A stretch of DNA of 64,000 nt, taken from contig CBDBGZ010000008.1 of the NCBI GenBank assembly GCA_965205425.1, positions 64,001 through 128,000 of the forward strand, read 5' to 3'. The first letter of the stretch is position 1. Every line of letters begins with the position of its first letter. Position numbers and translations under genes: made by a program. Source of the stretch: Nitrosopumilus sp. GTDB taxonomy: Archaea > Thermoproteota > Nitrososphaeria > Nitrososphaerales > Nitrosopumilaceae. Below the pieces are notes generated by a model. That model was not told the origin of the DNA. It did not search any database and saw nothing but the letters and a program-made list of their open reading frames with translations. This document shows positions 1 to 9,958 of this stretch, in pieces.

Positions 1-647
1 GTCATCTTACAGATATCAAAAATGAGATTGATGTAGATGTTAAAATGGAGAGTGGTAAGTTTAAGGATACATCATGTCGTAGCAGAACATCCAACTGTTC
101 ACCTATGGTTGGTGGAATCTCTGTTGCAAAGTCAGGTGTTGGTACTAGTGGTGATTCTACACTTTCTTTCAAAGCTACAGATAGATCAAATCGAAGTGGA
201 TTTGTAATTGCCGGTCACGTTGGAAACGTAGGCGATTCTATATACCAACATGCAAGTGGAAACTATGCAGGAAATATAATAACGGAATCCGATACATGTG
301 ATTGTGCATTTGTTGAATCAAGTAGATCAATGTCAAATGGCATATACAAAAATTATAGGCAGTCATACACAATAAATGATTATGCTGTTGCAAGTGATTT
401 CACATCTGGAACATTCTTGAAAAAGTCTGGAATTACTACGGGTATCACATATGGTAATCTGATTGATCATCGTACTGAATTACCAACTATAATCAGAATG
501 ACTTCATCATTTGGAGATAGTGGTGCCCCCGTATTCAAAACATCCGGTAATAATGCAGAATTATTTGGTATTATTACTAGATCTAGCGGTTCACTTACTG
601 TAATGGAACCATATCCAGACATAAAATCCAGTTTGAATCTAAGATAA
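1..647 (+). CDS. Secreted trypsin-like (S1/PA clan) serine protease, 5' part outside window
   Basis: AGHV (His), CDCAFV (Asp) and GDSGAPV (Ser) motifs; the frame is open upstream of ATG 45 to the window edge; C-terminus IKSSLNLR resembles that of 6690..9164. Confidence 0.8.
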   Translation, partial: HLTDIKNEIDVDVKMESGKFKDTSCRSRTSNCSPMVGGISVAKSGVGTSGDSTLSFKATDRSNRSGFVIAGHVGNVGDSIYQHASGNYAGNIITESDTCDCAFVESSRSMSNGIYKNYRQSYTINDYAVASDFTSGTFLKKSGITTGITYGNLIDHRTELPTIIRMTSSFGDSGAPVFKTSGNNAELFGIITRSSGSLTVMEPYPDIKSSLNLR

Positions 648-648
648 T

Positions 649-1197
649 ATGAACAAAATTATCGTATTATCTTTTTCCCTCTTTTTTTTAATATTTACAA
701 CTAGTGAAGCATATCCAGATAATCTATCATTAAAAAGCCAAATCAAGATGGACTTAAGTATTGATGAAATAGCATGTAAAAATAATTTGGTATTATCTCA
801 AAGATCAAATAATAATCTTGCATGTGTCTATGAATCAACTGCTGAAAAGTTACAATGGGATATTTTAGAATATAGAATTTTTGAATTAAAGTCTATTGAT
901 AGTGATGAGGTTTATCCTATATCATATAGATTATCTGGTGGATTAATAAACAAAATTACATTAACTGATGAATCACATATAATTGAGATAGATTTTGATT
1001 CTTGGAGTGATGGTCAACTTGATATATCATTACCCTTGGCGTTTATCTCAGATGAGTTTGATTCTCTAATTATTTTGATTAATGATGATGTTGAAATTGA
1101 TTTTGAAACTATTATTAATTTAGATAATCAAACTTTGATTATGGAGTTTTATGAAGGAGATTATAATATTAAAATAATTAAGACCTATTTGATATAA
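649..1197 (+). CDS. Secreted hypothetical protein, partner of upstream protease
   Basis: Signal peptide; C-x(14)-CV..STAEKL motif common in Nitrosopumilus exported proteins; starts 1 nt after the protease stop. Confidence 0.75.
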   Translation: MNKIIVLSFSLFFLIFTTSEAYPDNLSLKSQIKMDLSIDEIACKNNLVLSQRSNNNLACVYESTAEKLQWDILEYRIFELKSIDSDEVYPISYRLSGGLINKITLTDESHIIEIDFDSWSDGQLDISLPLAFISDEFDSLIILINDDVEIDFETIINLDNQTLIMEFYEGDYNIKIIKTYLI

Positions 1198-1288
1198 TCA
1201 TAATACAATGTTTCCAATCAATCCATTAAAAATAAAACAAGGATTTTTCAGACTGGAAGTCCCTTGATTTTAATTGATTATTTCATAT

Positions 1289-1374
1289 ACCTAACTTAAC
1301 AGTAAAAGTCTCTAATTTAACAGGCAGTTGAAAAGCTCCTGAGATTGAACAGTGTACGAGTTTGGAACAGTGTA
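1289..1374 (+). mobile_element. IS6-like transposon terminal repeat (ends 1356) plus a second short end gaacagtgta (1365-1374)
   Basis: Near-identical to the reverse complement of 19985-20052 and to 27320-27370; terminus TACACTGTT resembles IS6-family GGCACTGT ends. Confidence 0.65.
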
Positions 1375-1461
1375 AAAACTATATCTCTTATTTTAGATAT
1401 TTGGAATAACAAGGTAGATTCCCATCTAAGATTAAATAATGGTTCATAGGCGTGATTTTCA

Positions 1462-2400
1462 ATGACTAATATTAAAGAAAAAATGACTTTAAAGATAACA
1501 AAGACTATTTTGTTTGCAGGAATAGTTGGTATGATGATTCTGCCGTTTAGTATGATAGATTTTGCAGAGGCAGAAACAAATAGTGATGGTATTGGAGAAT
1601 TAACCGCATATGAAGAATGGGTTATTTCTACACTTCCGGTATATTATACAGATGCACAAGTAGTAGAAAGTACTGAGAAGTTAAGATCCTTTATTGATAC
1701 ACTTGATGGTTATGAGTTATTCATTCTAAAACAAGTGATAGATATTGCAGAATCTGAAAAACAAATAGATAATGCAAAGGAACAAGATGAATCAGAAGAA
1801 ACAATCAAAGGTCTTGAAAAAGAAAAAAATGCTCTATACTTTAAACTAGAAGAATATGGTGTAACCACAAAGGATAGATTTGATGCAAATCCAGAATATT
1901 GGAAATCAAAAACCATTGAATCAAAAAAAGAATACGAGTCTCCAAAAATAAAGTCTGTCAGTATGAATAATGGTAATCCAAACATATCATATGTTCATCA
2001 AACAGATCTTGCTTTGAAGAGAACCTCGTTGTTAACCGTGCCAATCTTTGGTCATGGTCATGCAACAATTCCATTCACTGTAGTGGAATATGGTTGGAAT
2101 AATGGAAAAACAACAGCATCGTGGGGATTCATTACCAATCCAACAGGTGGAACTGTTACAATGGAATCATCAGTATGTCTAGATCAACCAACACATCATA
2201 GTAGTGTTGATTTTGATATGAGATCCAAAGGAAATACAAAAAATGTTTTAGGTCAAGTTCAGTATAATTATGATAGAACATTTAATGATATCAATCATTC
2301 TGATGTAGATACCTGTAAAACATACATAAAATCATATTCAGTTCCTAGTACTCACAGTGCAAAATTCTATACAAAGATAAGTAGAATATCACTTGACTAA
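1462..2400 (+). CDS. Secreted protein with KTILFAG..MILPFSM leader, acidic helical region and unknown beta-rich C-terminal domain
   Basis: Leader similar at DNA and protein level to those of 29614..30546 and 30763..; 312-aa ORF. Confidence 0.75.
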   Translation: MTNIKEKMTLKITKTILFAGIVGMMILPFSMIDFAEAETNSDGIGELTAYEEWVISTLPVYYTDAQVVESTEKLRSFIDTLDGYELFILKQVIDIAESEKQIDNAKEQDESEETIKGLEKEKNALYFKLEEYGVTTKDRFDANPEYWKSKTIESKKEYESPKIKSVSMNNGNPNISYVHQTDLALKRTSLLTVPIFGHGHATIPFTVVEYGWNNGKTTASWGFITNPTGGTVTMESSVCLDQPTHHSSVDFDMRSKGNTKNVLGQVQYNYDRTFNDINHSDVDTCKTYIKSYSVPSTHSAKFYTKISRISLD

Positions 2401-2417
2401 CACCAATTCCTTTTTTT

Positions 2418-2648
2418 ATGCCTTCTAAACTGAAATTATTATCTTACATATTGATTGTTTATGGTGTTATTTCATCGGCATTGACGATAATATATCCACC
2501 ACCTATAGAGATAATTGAAGGTGATAAATTGAATTTATTTGGAAATATTATATCTTTAACATACACTTTGTTTTTTACATTGGGATTTTTGATAATTGGA
2601 ATAGCATTATTCATAAAGCACAAAAGCCAAAAAACCATTAAAAACTAA
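2418..2648 (+). CDS. Small two-TM membrane protein (putative partner/immunity protein)
   Basis: Two hydrophobic segments and a basic tail; 17 nt after the upstream stop. Confidence 0.65.
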   Translation: MPSKLKLLSYILIVYGVISSALTIIYPPPIEIIEGDKLNLFGNIISLTYTLFFTLGFLIIGIALFIKHKSQKTIKN

Positions 2649-2652
2649 GGTA

Positions 2653-3797
2653 TAGTTTAGGCATATAAATTTTGAATAAACTGTCAAGTATTTTAACCCA
2701 AAAGATCTAGATCGTAGAATCAATTCATGAAACCATGTCAAAGAGTACAAGACAATCCAAGGTTTCCTCTGGGAATCAATTCATGAAAGGTACAAGCATT
2801 AATTTTTTGAGAAAAGCATGTAAAAATGAACGTAATGCAAAAGCAAAGATGAGACTAAAGGCTGCAATTCTACGCAAACAAGACATGAGATATTCTCAAA
2901 TATGCATCAGTCTTGATATCATACCATCAACTCTTAGTAATTGGTTAAACCAAATGAACCGAGAGGGAATATCTGCATCACGCCGCAAGAAATATTCTGG
3001 CTCTAGATGTTTCTTAGATAAAAAACAACTAGTATCATTAAGAAATGATCTAATTTCAGGTCCAGAAAAGTTTGGATTTAATCAATTCATGTGGAGTACA
3101 AGAATGGTAATTACACATGTGAATAAAAAATACAACACACTATACTCTGCAAGAGGAATGCGTGAATTGCTGCACCGTATCGGATTCTCATCTAAAAACC
3201 AAGACAGACTCATCACAAATCAGCCTCAAAAGAGGAACAAACCCGTTTTAAAAAAACGCAAAAAGGAGTATCAAAAAATATTCCAAATTGGGATACACCA
3301 CATTATGTCTGGATGAGTCAACAAACAAGATAGCTCCAAATATCAAAAAAGGCTGGTATCTAAAAGGAAAAAATACACAAACCAAAATCAACTATACTCG
3401 AGAAAAGTTTCAATCATTTGGTGCATTGGGGGATGACGGCGTATTTTTTTGCAGATTCTATGATAAATCAAACACAGACTCATTTCTTGATTTTTTAGAG
3501 TCACTACAAAAACAATTTGGTAAGAAACTGTTATTATTTGCAGATAATGCATCATACCACAAAAGTCTCAGAGTAAAAGAATTTCTCAAAGCACCAAAAA
3601 ATAAAGTAATAATTAGATATTTTCCTGCATACACTCCAGAACTCAATCCAATTGAGGTACAGTGGAGAGAGGAGAAAAATGGTAATGCCAATACATTCTT
3701 TGCAAATGGAACTGAGATGAGAAAACACATGCAGAAGAGACTAGATAATGGAGACGTTCGAGTTGTGAAATTATTCAAATATTTAATGCCTTAACTA
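2653..3797 (+). mobile_element. IS630-family element, copy 1 (orfA/orfB 2735..3794, probably inactivated)
   Basis: Imperfect TIRs tagtttaggcatataaattttgaataa / ttattcaaatatttaatgccttaacta with TA on both sides; winged-HTH orfA and DDE orfB (LDES, DNASYH, PELNPIE); A7 slippery site; extra 1-nt deletion near 3195 relative to copy 2. Confidence 0.9.
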
Positions 3798-3799
3798 TA

Positions 3800-3997
3800 G
3801 AAAGCGATGAACACAAAGCAATAATGCAAACAGTGGCAGATATTTCTTCAAATATAATTACAGATTATTCTGTAATTGACAGATGTCCCAAAAAAATCAA
3901 TGATGAAATAAGAAGTCAGGTTGGAAATGGCAACTTAATAATTTATGCAGTGTTAAATGATTATGTTTTAGTTTTCATAGGTTGGAGAAAATTTTAA
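3800..3997 (+). pseudogene. 5'-truncated ORF with RelE/ParE-like C-terminus
   Basis: Open frame from the IS630 end: ...IRSQVGNGNLIIYAVLNDYVLVFIGWRKF*, resembling the RelE pattern RxxVGxxRIIYxIxxxxVxxxxIGHRK. Confidence 0.4.
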
Positions 3998-4010
3998 GTG
4001 AATAAATTAT

Positions 4011-4214
4011 TTGAAATTAAATTCAATGAAAGAAGAGGTTTTGTCTGCAATTACGCAAGAGGTAACTATTTTGACAAATGATAAGGGGGTTTGTTATGTT
4101 GAAACTACAGATACTATTCCTAAAACAATTGAGGATTGTACGTTGAATTCTGGCGATGTGACTATGATCAAATTTGGCAAAGGCCTTGCATGGGCTACAA
4201 TTGTTGAACCATAA
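4011..4214 (+). pseudogene. 5'-truncated duplicate of hypothetical gene 36818..37096
   Basis: C-terminus EVTILTNDKG...WATIVEP identical to 36818..37096; N-terminal TM anchor missing. Confidence 0.8.
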
Positions 4215-4220
4215 TAGATG

Positions 4221-4330
4221 ATTTAATATTTAAAATCATTTAATATTTAAAATCATTTAATATTTAAAATCATTTAATATTTAAAATCATTTAATATTTA
4301 AAATCATTTAATATTTAAAATCATTTAATA
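4221..4330 (+). repeat. Tandem repeat (atttaatatttaaaatc) x6 + 8 nt
   Basis: Perfect 17-bp units; the original locus has 1 unit + 8 nt (intergenic gap 122 vs 37 nt, difference 5x17). Confidence 0.95.
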
Positions 4331-4336
4331 CTTTTC

Positions 4337-4744
4337 ATGGATTGTATTTTTTGTAAAATTATATCTGGTGAAATAAAATCTAAATTTTTAAAAGAAACGT
4401 CATCATCTGTTTCTTTTCTTGATGCTTTTCCCCTTGCAACCGGCCATGTTCTCGTAATCCCAAAAAATCATCATCAAAAAATTCAGGATATGAGTAATGA
4501 AGAAAACACTGACCTCTTTTCATTAGTACATCAAATGGTGTCAAATGTTGATAAAATTACAGGCTCAACTTTAGTTGCAATTCATAATGGTAAAGATGCA
4601 GGTCAGGAAATCCCACATGTTCACGTGCATTTAGTTCCAAGAAGTAAAGATGATTCTGCTGGAGCAATTCACAGCATGTTTAATTCATCTGTAAACTTGT
4701 CTGAATCTGAAATGGATGAACTTTATAATAAATTAAAAATCTAG
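4337..4744 (+). CDS. hit: HIT family nucleotide hydrolase (duplicate copy)
   Basis: CIFCKI and HVHVHLVPR motifs; 1 aa different from 36373..36780. Confidence 0.92.
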   Translation: MDCIFCKIISGEIKSKFLKETSSSVSFLDAFPLATGHVLVIPKNHHQKIQDMSNEENTDLFSLVHQMVSNVDKITGSTLVAIHNGKDAGQEIPHVHVHLVPRSKDDSAGAIHSMFNSSVNLSESEMDELYNKLKI

Positions 4745-4777
4745 TACGGAAATAACCTTTCTTTAGTATCTGTATTC

Positions 4778-5992
4778 TCAACTCTGATTGCTTTTCATCT
4801 GTCCGCGAACATTTCTCTGCATGATACACTTTCGAATCGAATTCTCAGTGTCATTGTTAGTTGAGGGAACATCGCAATACATTACAAATGTGAATAAACT
4901 ATTTCTTGCAGTTTTTAGTTTCTTGCCAAACTGAATCATTTCTGTATCGCCTGTCATGTATTGCTGTATGATACAATCAACTTGTTTTAGTAAATCCCTT
5001 GCATGTCTTGTACGTTGCTTCTCTGAATGTTCTTTTTTGCTCCAAATTCTTGCACGATGTAGTACGTCTGAGAATTTACCATAAAGAACTCTAGCCTGTC
5101 TGTCTTTTGATTTTCTTGCCAAATATTTGGCGTCTCGCTGCAGATGTGCAGTACATCTCTGTTTTACATTATCACAAAATACCGTTCTGTATGGCACATA
5201 TCCATCAGATATTAAAATCCCTGAGAATTTCTTCCAACATTTTTTTAGGATTTTAGCACCTCTACTGTACTCTAAAGTGTAATGAGCTTCTGTTTTGCTT
5301 CTTGCAACCCACATCCATCCCATCTTTCCTTCAATTGGGAATGTCGTCTCATCTAATCCTAGGATCTTTTCAGTCACAATTTCACTGCTAATGTCATGGT
5401 ACAATGGTTCTAACATAATACTGCCAGTGCGAAGAATAGATTGTACTGTAGTGCAACTAATTTTTAATCCATATCTTTCTTCCAGTGTTGTTCTTATGGT
5501 ATCGTATGGCATTCTCTTTGAGAATAATGAGACTATCTCTCGTATTGCAGAGGAATCAAAGCATCCACATGGTGGAAGATTTCCATCTGTCTTGAAACTA
5601 TCAGAGCAGTTCTTGCAATTATACTGATACAAGACATGCTCAGTTGCAATGTATTGAGTTGGTGGAGGGATTTCAACCATTATTCTTTTGGCAGTCTTGA
5701 TTTGAAGGATATCTTCACTTCCACATTTGGGACATTCTAAACATTTGTGATGTATGGTACTAGTTGGGGTGAATTTCTGTGTTGTGCCCTTGTGACCTGG
5801 TATGCCACCACGTTTTGATTTGCCAGAATCAGAATCTCTGTTTTTCTTTGCATCTTGTTTCTGTTTTCTCCATTCAAGTGAATTTTTTGATGGTGGTGAG
5901 TGTGGATTTTCATAGTATGATAATTTTTGCGTGAGTTGTTTTACTTTTTCTTGTAATTGTAAGATGATTTTCTCATGACCACACTCTGACAT
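4778..5992 (-). mobile_element. IS66-family transposase (TnpC-like), C-terminally truncated
   Basis: PHSPPS, GHKG, CPKC zinc finger, DETT, SDGY, QRCTAHLQR, PSTNNxxENSIR motifs; ORF runs into the duplicated segment. Confidence 0.85.
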
Positions 5993-6610
5993 GTGTTGTA
6001 GAATAATTTAGTTGATCTTAGATCTTTTTGTGTAATTAGATTGGTTTATACGTGAACCTTGATTCATACAATTTTACTTCTTTATCTTTAGATTCAAACT
6101 CCTCTAAAGGAAATAATGACAAAATCTTGATTATTCTCTGTTTAAGTTTAGTAGGATCAGCCAAGTAAAAATATAAAACATGTCAATACCATAAAAGATT
6201 ATGCCTACTCATCCAAAAAAAGTCACTTTGGGTAATCTTGTAATCGAACAGGATGAAGATGCAGTTCGTATAAGAGAATTATTCAGATCACAGTGATCAT
6301 TAATTATAAAAAAATGAGAAAATTTCTCTAAGCGTTACTAAATTGAAGAATAATTTAGATTTAAAACATATTGTCAAACCATTCAATTTTTGATCTATTT
6401 TACTTACAATACGTATTACGAAAATTTCTGGCTCTACGATAGGTTTTATGTGTAAAATGATTTCAAGATAAGAGTCTTGGGTGTATTTCATATTTTTGAA
6501 TCTCAAATTATCCCCAAGAAAGGTTCAAGCCTCTAAAGATTCTAGCCTATGTTATCTAAAATAACATCCATTATCTAATATATTTTAGTCTGAATTCTAA
6601 ATTATGAGTA

Positions 6611-6630
6611 TATCTTTTCCGGAAAAGATA
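6611..6630. promoter_or_regulatory. Perfect 20-bp palindrome tatcttttccggaaaagata
   Basis: Seen directly, 60 nt upstream of 6690; first 15 nt equal the IS481 left end at 16841/33362. Confidence 0.5.
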
Positions 6631-6689
6631 GTATCCATGAAATGATAGTACAGTGTAAATAGAGTTAATTTGTAGTAGCATAGATAACT

Positions 6690-9164
6690 ATGAATGATAA
6701 AACAAAGGCTGCAATGTTTTCACTTTTAATATTTTCAATAATTGTTACTGTGACTACTGAAAATGATATGATATCTTTCGCTCAGAGTGTCAATGATGAT
6801 TATCCCATATCAAATGGCACTTTGTCTGGATTTATTTCTGATGATGGTACGGTAGGTCCTGTAGGAATTGTAAATGAATTGTACAAGGCACATTCAGATG
6901 TAACTGGCATAATGATTGACAACTCAGAAACAATAGCTCATGTAGGCTATGTCAATGAAGAGGTTTACCTTGAAGCAACATGGGTTGATGAGGAAAACCA
7001 AAAACTTGTACTGTTACTTGATCCCGTACAAATGCTTGACCCATTAGATATCCATGACATACAAGAAGAGTTGGGAATTATGATACCACTTGACATCAAG
7101 TACGGTTACTTTATTCCCGAAGCAAGTTCATCACAAGCCACGTCATGTCCTGCTGGTTCTGGTTCATCAACTTGCTACTACTGGGGACGATATGTTGATA
7201 GATGCCTGCCAACTCATACGACTTCTAGATGTGGCACATATGCAACAGCAATTACTGGTGCAGGATATGCCTTACCAACATTACTGTCATCAGGAACCAC
7301 ACCCATAGTCCCAACTAGTACATCTACAACACCGGCAACTTCCTCATCTACAAGCATAATTTTTCAAGATGATTTTGCAAACGGAATTTCAAAATGGACA
7401 GAATCAGGACAACGTGAATGGCAGTGGGGAACTCTTGATGACTCTGCAGCAATACCCGGTGAGACAGGCTCTAACAAAATAGCAGAAGCTGATGATTGTG
7501 ATGACCAATCCTGCATTCTAACATTACGCAACTCAGTTGATCTGTCCGGATATTCTGCTGCAACACTAGAGTTTCACCGATATGTGGATAGAGGTCTTGA
7601 TAGTGGTGAATACCTCAAAGTCGAGGTTGGAAATGACAATATATGGACTGAGATATTCAAGTGGACTGATGGTACAGGTGATGATGGTACTTGGCACAAA
7701 GAGTCATACAATTTGTCAAACTATCTAAATAATGGATTCAAAGTTAGATTTGTAACCGAACAGAGTTCAAGTCGTGAGGATGTAGGAGTTGATAATGTAA
7801 AAATTACCGGTACACCAAACACACAATCTCAATGCACGCTTGATATTGTGTCATCTTTACAAAGTGATGGTACAATTGATTCTGCATGGAATAGTTGTAG
7901 TGACATAAAACGATACAAGGTGTATTATTCAGAGAATGGTAATGGTAACAGATACCTTGAAAGTACAACTGGAACCACCCACACATTTTCCAATCCTGGT
8001 GAGGGGAACAACTATACCATTAAAGTAAAGGCACAATACTCTTCTAACAACAGGTATACGCAATACTTTGAGAGCAACAGGGTAATTGTACCTGTAACGG
8101 ATATTGCCAAACCAACAATTACCATTCCAAATAATTTTAGCGTTACTTTGAATGAAGGTACCACGTCTACCATTCTAAGATATGCAGTATCAGCTTATGA
8201 TGTAGTGGATGGTACGATTCCTACAAGTTGCACTCCTGCAAGTGGGAGTACTGTAACTGTTGGAGCAACTGGAATAACTTGTACTGCTGTAGATAGCTCG
8301 GGAAATGGTGCGGTTGCAACCTTTACTGTAACAGTCAATGAGTATGTGGCACCTGTCAATCCACAAACATCAACTGTTAAGGAGTTTTATGGCGGACAGC
8401 AGATTATCATGTCACAAAATACAACCGCAGCTCAATCTGGTCATATAGAACCACAACTGGATAGTGGTACTATAACCATTGGTGTAACGAAGACTAACGG
8501 TCAGATTGGTTTTGTTACTGCTGGTCATGTTGTAGAATTTGAAACTACAAACAATATCATACCACATGGATTTTATTTATCAGGGAATATTACATATGAT
8601 GTTGATGGAGAAAATATAGTTACAAAAAATACTCTTAATACTAATGCAACATTACTTAATACAATAAATCCAACTATCTTCAGAAATGAAACTGCTGGAG
8701 ATGTGGCATTTGTTCCAATTACCGAATCAAATGTTGTAATATCACAAACTGAAATAGCAAAACATAGTGGTACTTTGATAAATGTAATATGTGGTTCAGC
8801 AGATTCGATACCTCTTGGTAATAGTATAGAGATCTACGGTATACACAACAATGCAATTGGTACATTAAGATACAATAATGTAACCGCAACTATTGGTGAT
8901 GGTGTAACACTTGCTAATATGGCAATAGGTCATTATGACAGTAAAGGTGGAGACAGTGGCGCTCCAATAATAGTTACAGATCGTGGTATCAATAAATTAA
9001 TTGGCATTCATCAAGGAAAAGTATGTACATTCTATGATACGGATACTAGTTTACTCTTACAAGATGTACATAATTCGGTACAATTCTGTCCAAATGGTAA
9101 CAGTCTATATTACAAACTCTTTACTCCTTGGGAGAATGCAAAATCAACTCTTAATCTAAGATGA
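6690..9164 (+). CDS. Large secreted multidomain S1 serine protease (leader, MAM/jelly-roll-like, FN3, HYR, C-terminal trypsin-like domain)
   Basis: Signal peptide; IFQDDF..W; FN3-like YTIKVKAQ; HYR-like VSAYDVVDG..CTPASGS..CTAVDSSGN; TAGHV, GDVAFV, GDSGAP catalytic motifs. Confidence 0.85.
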   Translation: MNDKTKAAMFSLLIFSIIVTVTTENDMISFAQSVNDDYPISNGTLSGFISDDGTVGPVGIVNELYKAHSDVTGIMIDNSETIAHVGYVNEEVYLEATWVDEENQKLVLLLDPVQMLDPLDIHDIQEELGIMIPLDIKYGYFIPEASSSQATSCPAGSGSSTCYYWGRYVDRCLPTHTTSRCGTYATAITGAGYALPTLLSSGTTPIVPTSTSTTPATSSSTSIIFQDDFANGISKWTESGQREWQWGTLDDSAAIPGETGSNKIAEADDCDDQSCILTLRNSVDLSGYSAATLEFHRYVDRGLDSGEYLKVEVGNDNIWTEIFKWTDGTGDDGTWHKESYNLSNYLNNGFKVRFVTEQSSSREDVGVDNVKITGTPNTQSQCTLDIVSSLQSDGTIDSAWNSCSDIKRYKVYYSENGNGNRYLESTTGTTHTFSNPGEGNNYTIKVKAQYSSNNRYTQYFESNRVIVPVTDIAKPTITIPNNFSVTLNEGTTSTILRYAVSAYDVVDGTIPTSCTPASGSTVTVGATGITCTAVDSSGNGAVATFTVTVNEYVAPVNPQTSTVKEFYGGQQIIMSQNTTAAQSGHIEPQLDSGTITIGVTKTNGQIGFVTAGHVVEFETTNNIIPHGFYLSGNITYDVDGENIVTKNTLNTNATLLNTINPTIFRNETAGDVAFVPITESNVVISQTEIAKHSGTLINVICGSADSIPLGNSIEIYGIHNNAIGTLRYNNVTATIGDGVTLANMAIGHYDSKGGDSGAPIIVTDRGINKLIGIHQGKVCTFYDTDTSLLLQDVHNSVQFCPNGNSLYYKLFTPWENAKSTLNLR

Positions 9165-9201
9165 TAACCTTGAATCCAGATTACAAATAATGTGAACTTG
9201 T

Positions 9202-9945
9202 ATGAGAAAATTATTTCTTTTTTTCTTTTTTTCAATAATTATAATGCCAATCACGAGTGTTGATGCATATCGTGGAATCCCTAACAACTGTGTTATCATG
9301 ATAAAAGCTTCAGATGATTCCTTGGTATGTATATCTGAGAGATCAACTGATAAAATAATACAAAGAAATTATGCATATTTTGGTGAATGGAAATCTAGTT
9401 GTGATGATAATGCAGAAATTAATGCTAAAATTTGTTACCTTTTACTACCAGAAACTGGTGGTGTATGTATAGCAAATGATTTGTTTCGGGGATGTATTAT
9501 AACATTTGATATCCCAACAAATCATAGAGATTGTAAAATGCTATTCAAGCTAATTGTTGATTATAATATGACTGATCGTACTTTAGAAAAAGAACATTTA
9601 TTTTACAATTATTTTCCTTTCTCGCATAAATTTTGTAATGTAGTTGATGAAATTAAAAAACCATACAATACACATCATGTCTCTGTAAATGATGATGGTG
9701 CAAAGTATTTGTTCATACATGATATAAGATTTATAATGTTAGATGGGTTACCAAACAAAGTATCTATTTATTATTCTTCCACTGTTAATGATCGTGCTAT
9801 TTGGTATGATTTTATTTTTTATTCAGATGATATGAGATATGAGGGTAGGATGGAACATGAATTTTTTGGAATAGGGGAAATTTTTATACTAAATAAATGT
9901 TTTGCGTCACATGAAAAACTTACAAAATGCCCTATCCATTCCTGA
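9202..9945 (+). CDS. Secreted Cys-rich hypothetical protein, partner of upstream protease
   Basis: Signal peptide; C..MIKASDDSLVCISERSTDKII motif similar to that in 649..1197. Confidence 0.7.
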   Translation: MRKLFLFFFFSIIIMPITSVDAYRGIPNNCVIMIKASDDSLVCISERSTDKIIQRNYAYFGEWKSSCDDNAEINAKICYLLLPETGGVCIANDLFRGCIITFDIPTNHRDCKMLFKLIVDYNMTDRTLEKEHLFYNYFPFSHKFCNVVDEIKKPYNTHHVSVNDDGAKYLFIHDIRFIMLDGLPNKVSIYYSSTVNDRAIWYDFIFYSDDMRYEGRMEHEFFGIGEIFILNKCFASHEKLTKCPIHS

Positions 9946-9958
9946 ACTTGATCGTGAT

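Larger units (their letters stand above)
4057..4795. repeat. Inverted duplication of core segment 36322..36975
   Basis: Near-identical to the reverse complement of 36322-36975 (end of hypothetical gene, HIT gene, last ~55 nt of DnaJ-ferredoxin gene). Confidence 0.92.

Noticed and set aside
4221..4330. CRISPR array
   Set aside because: Contiguous 17-bp units with no spacers, and no cas genes in the window
6650..6657. Additional IS6-like end (acagtgta) upstream of 6690
   Set aside because: Only 8 nt match with no internal TIR similarity
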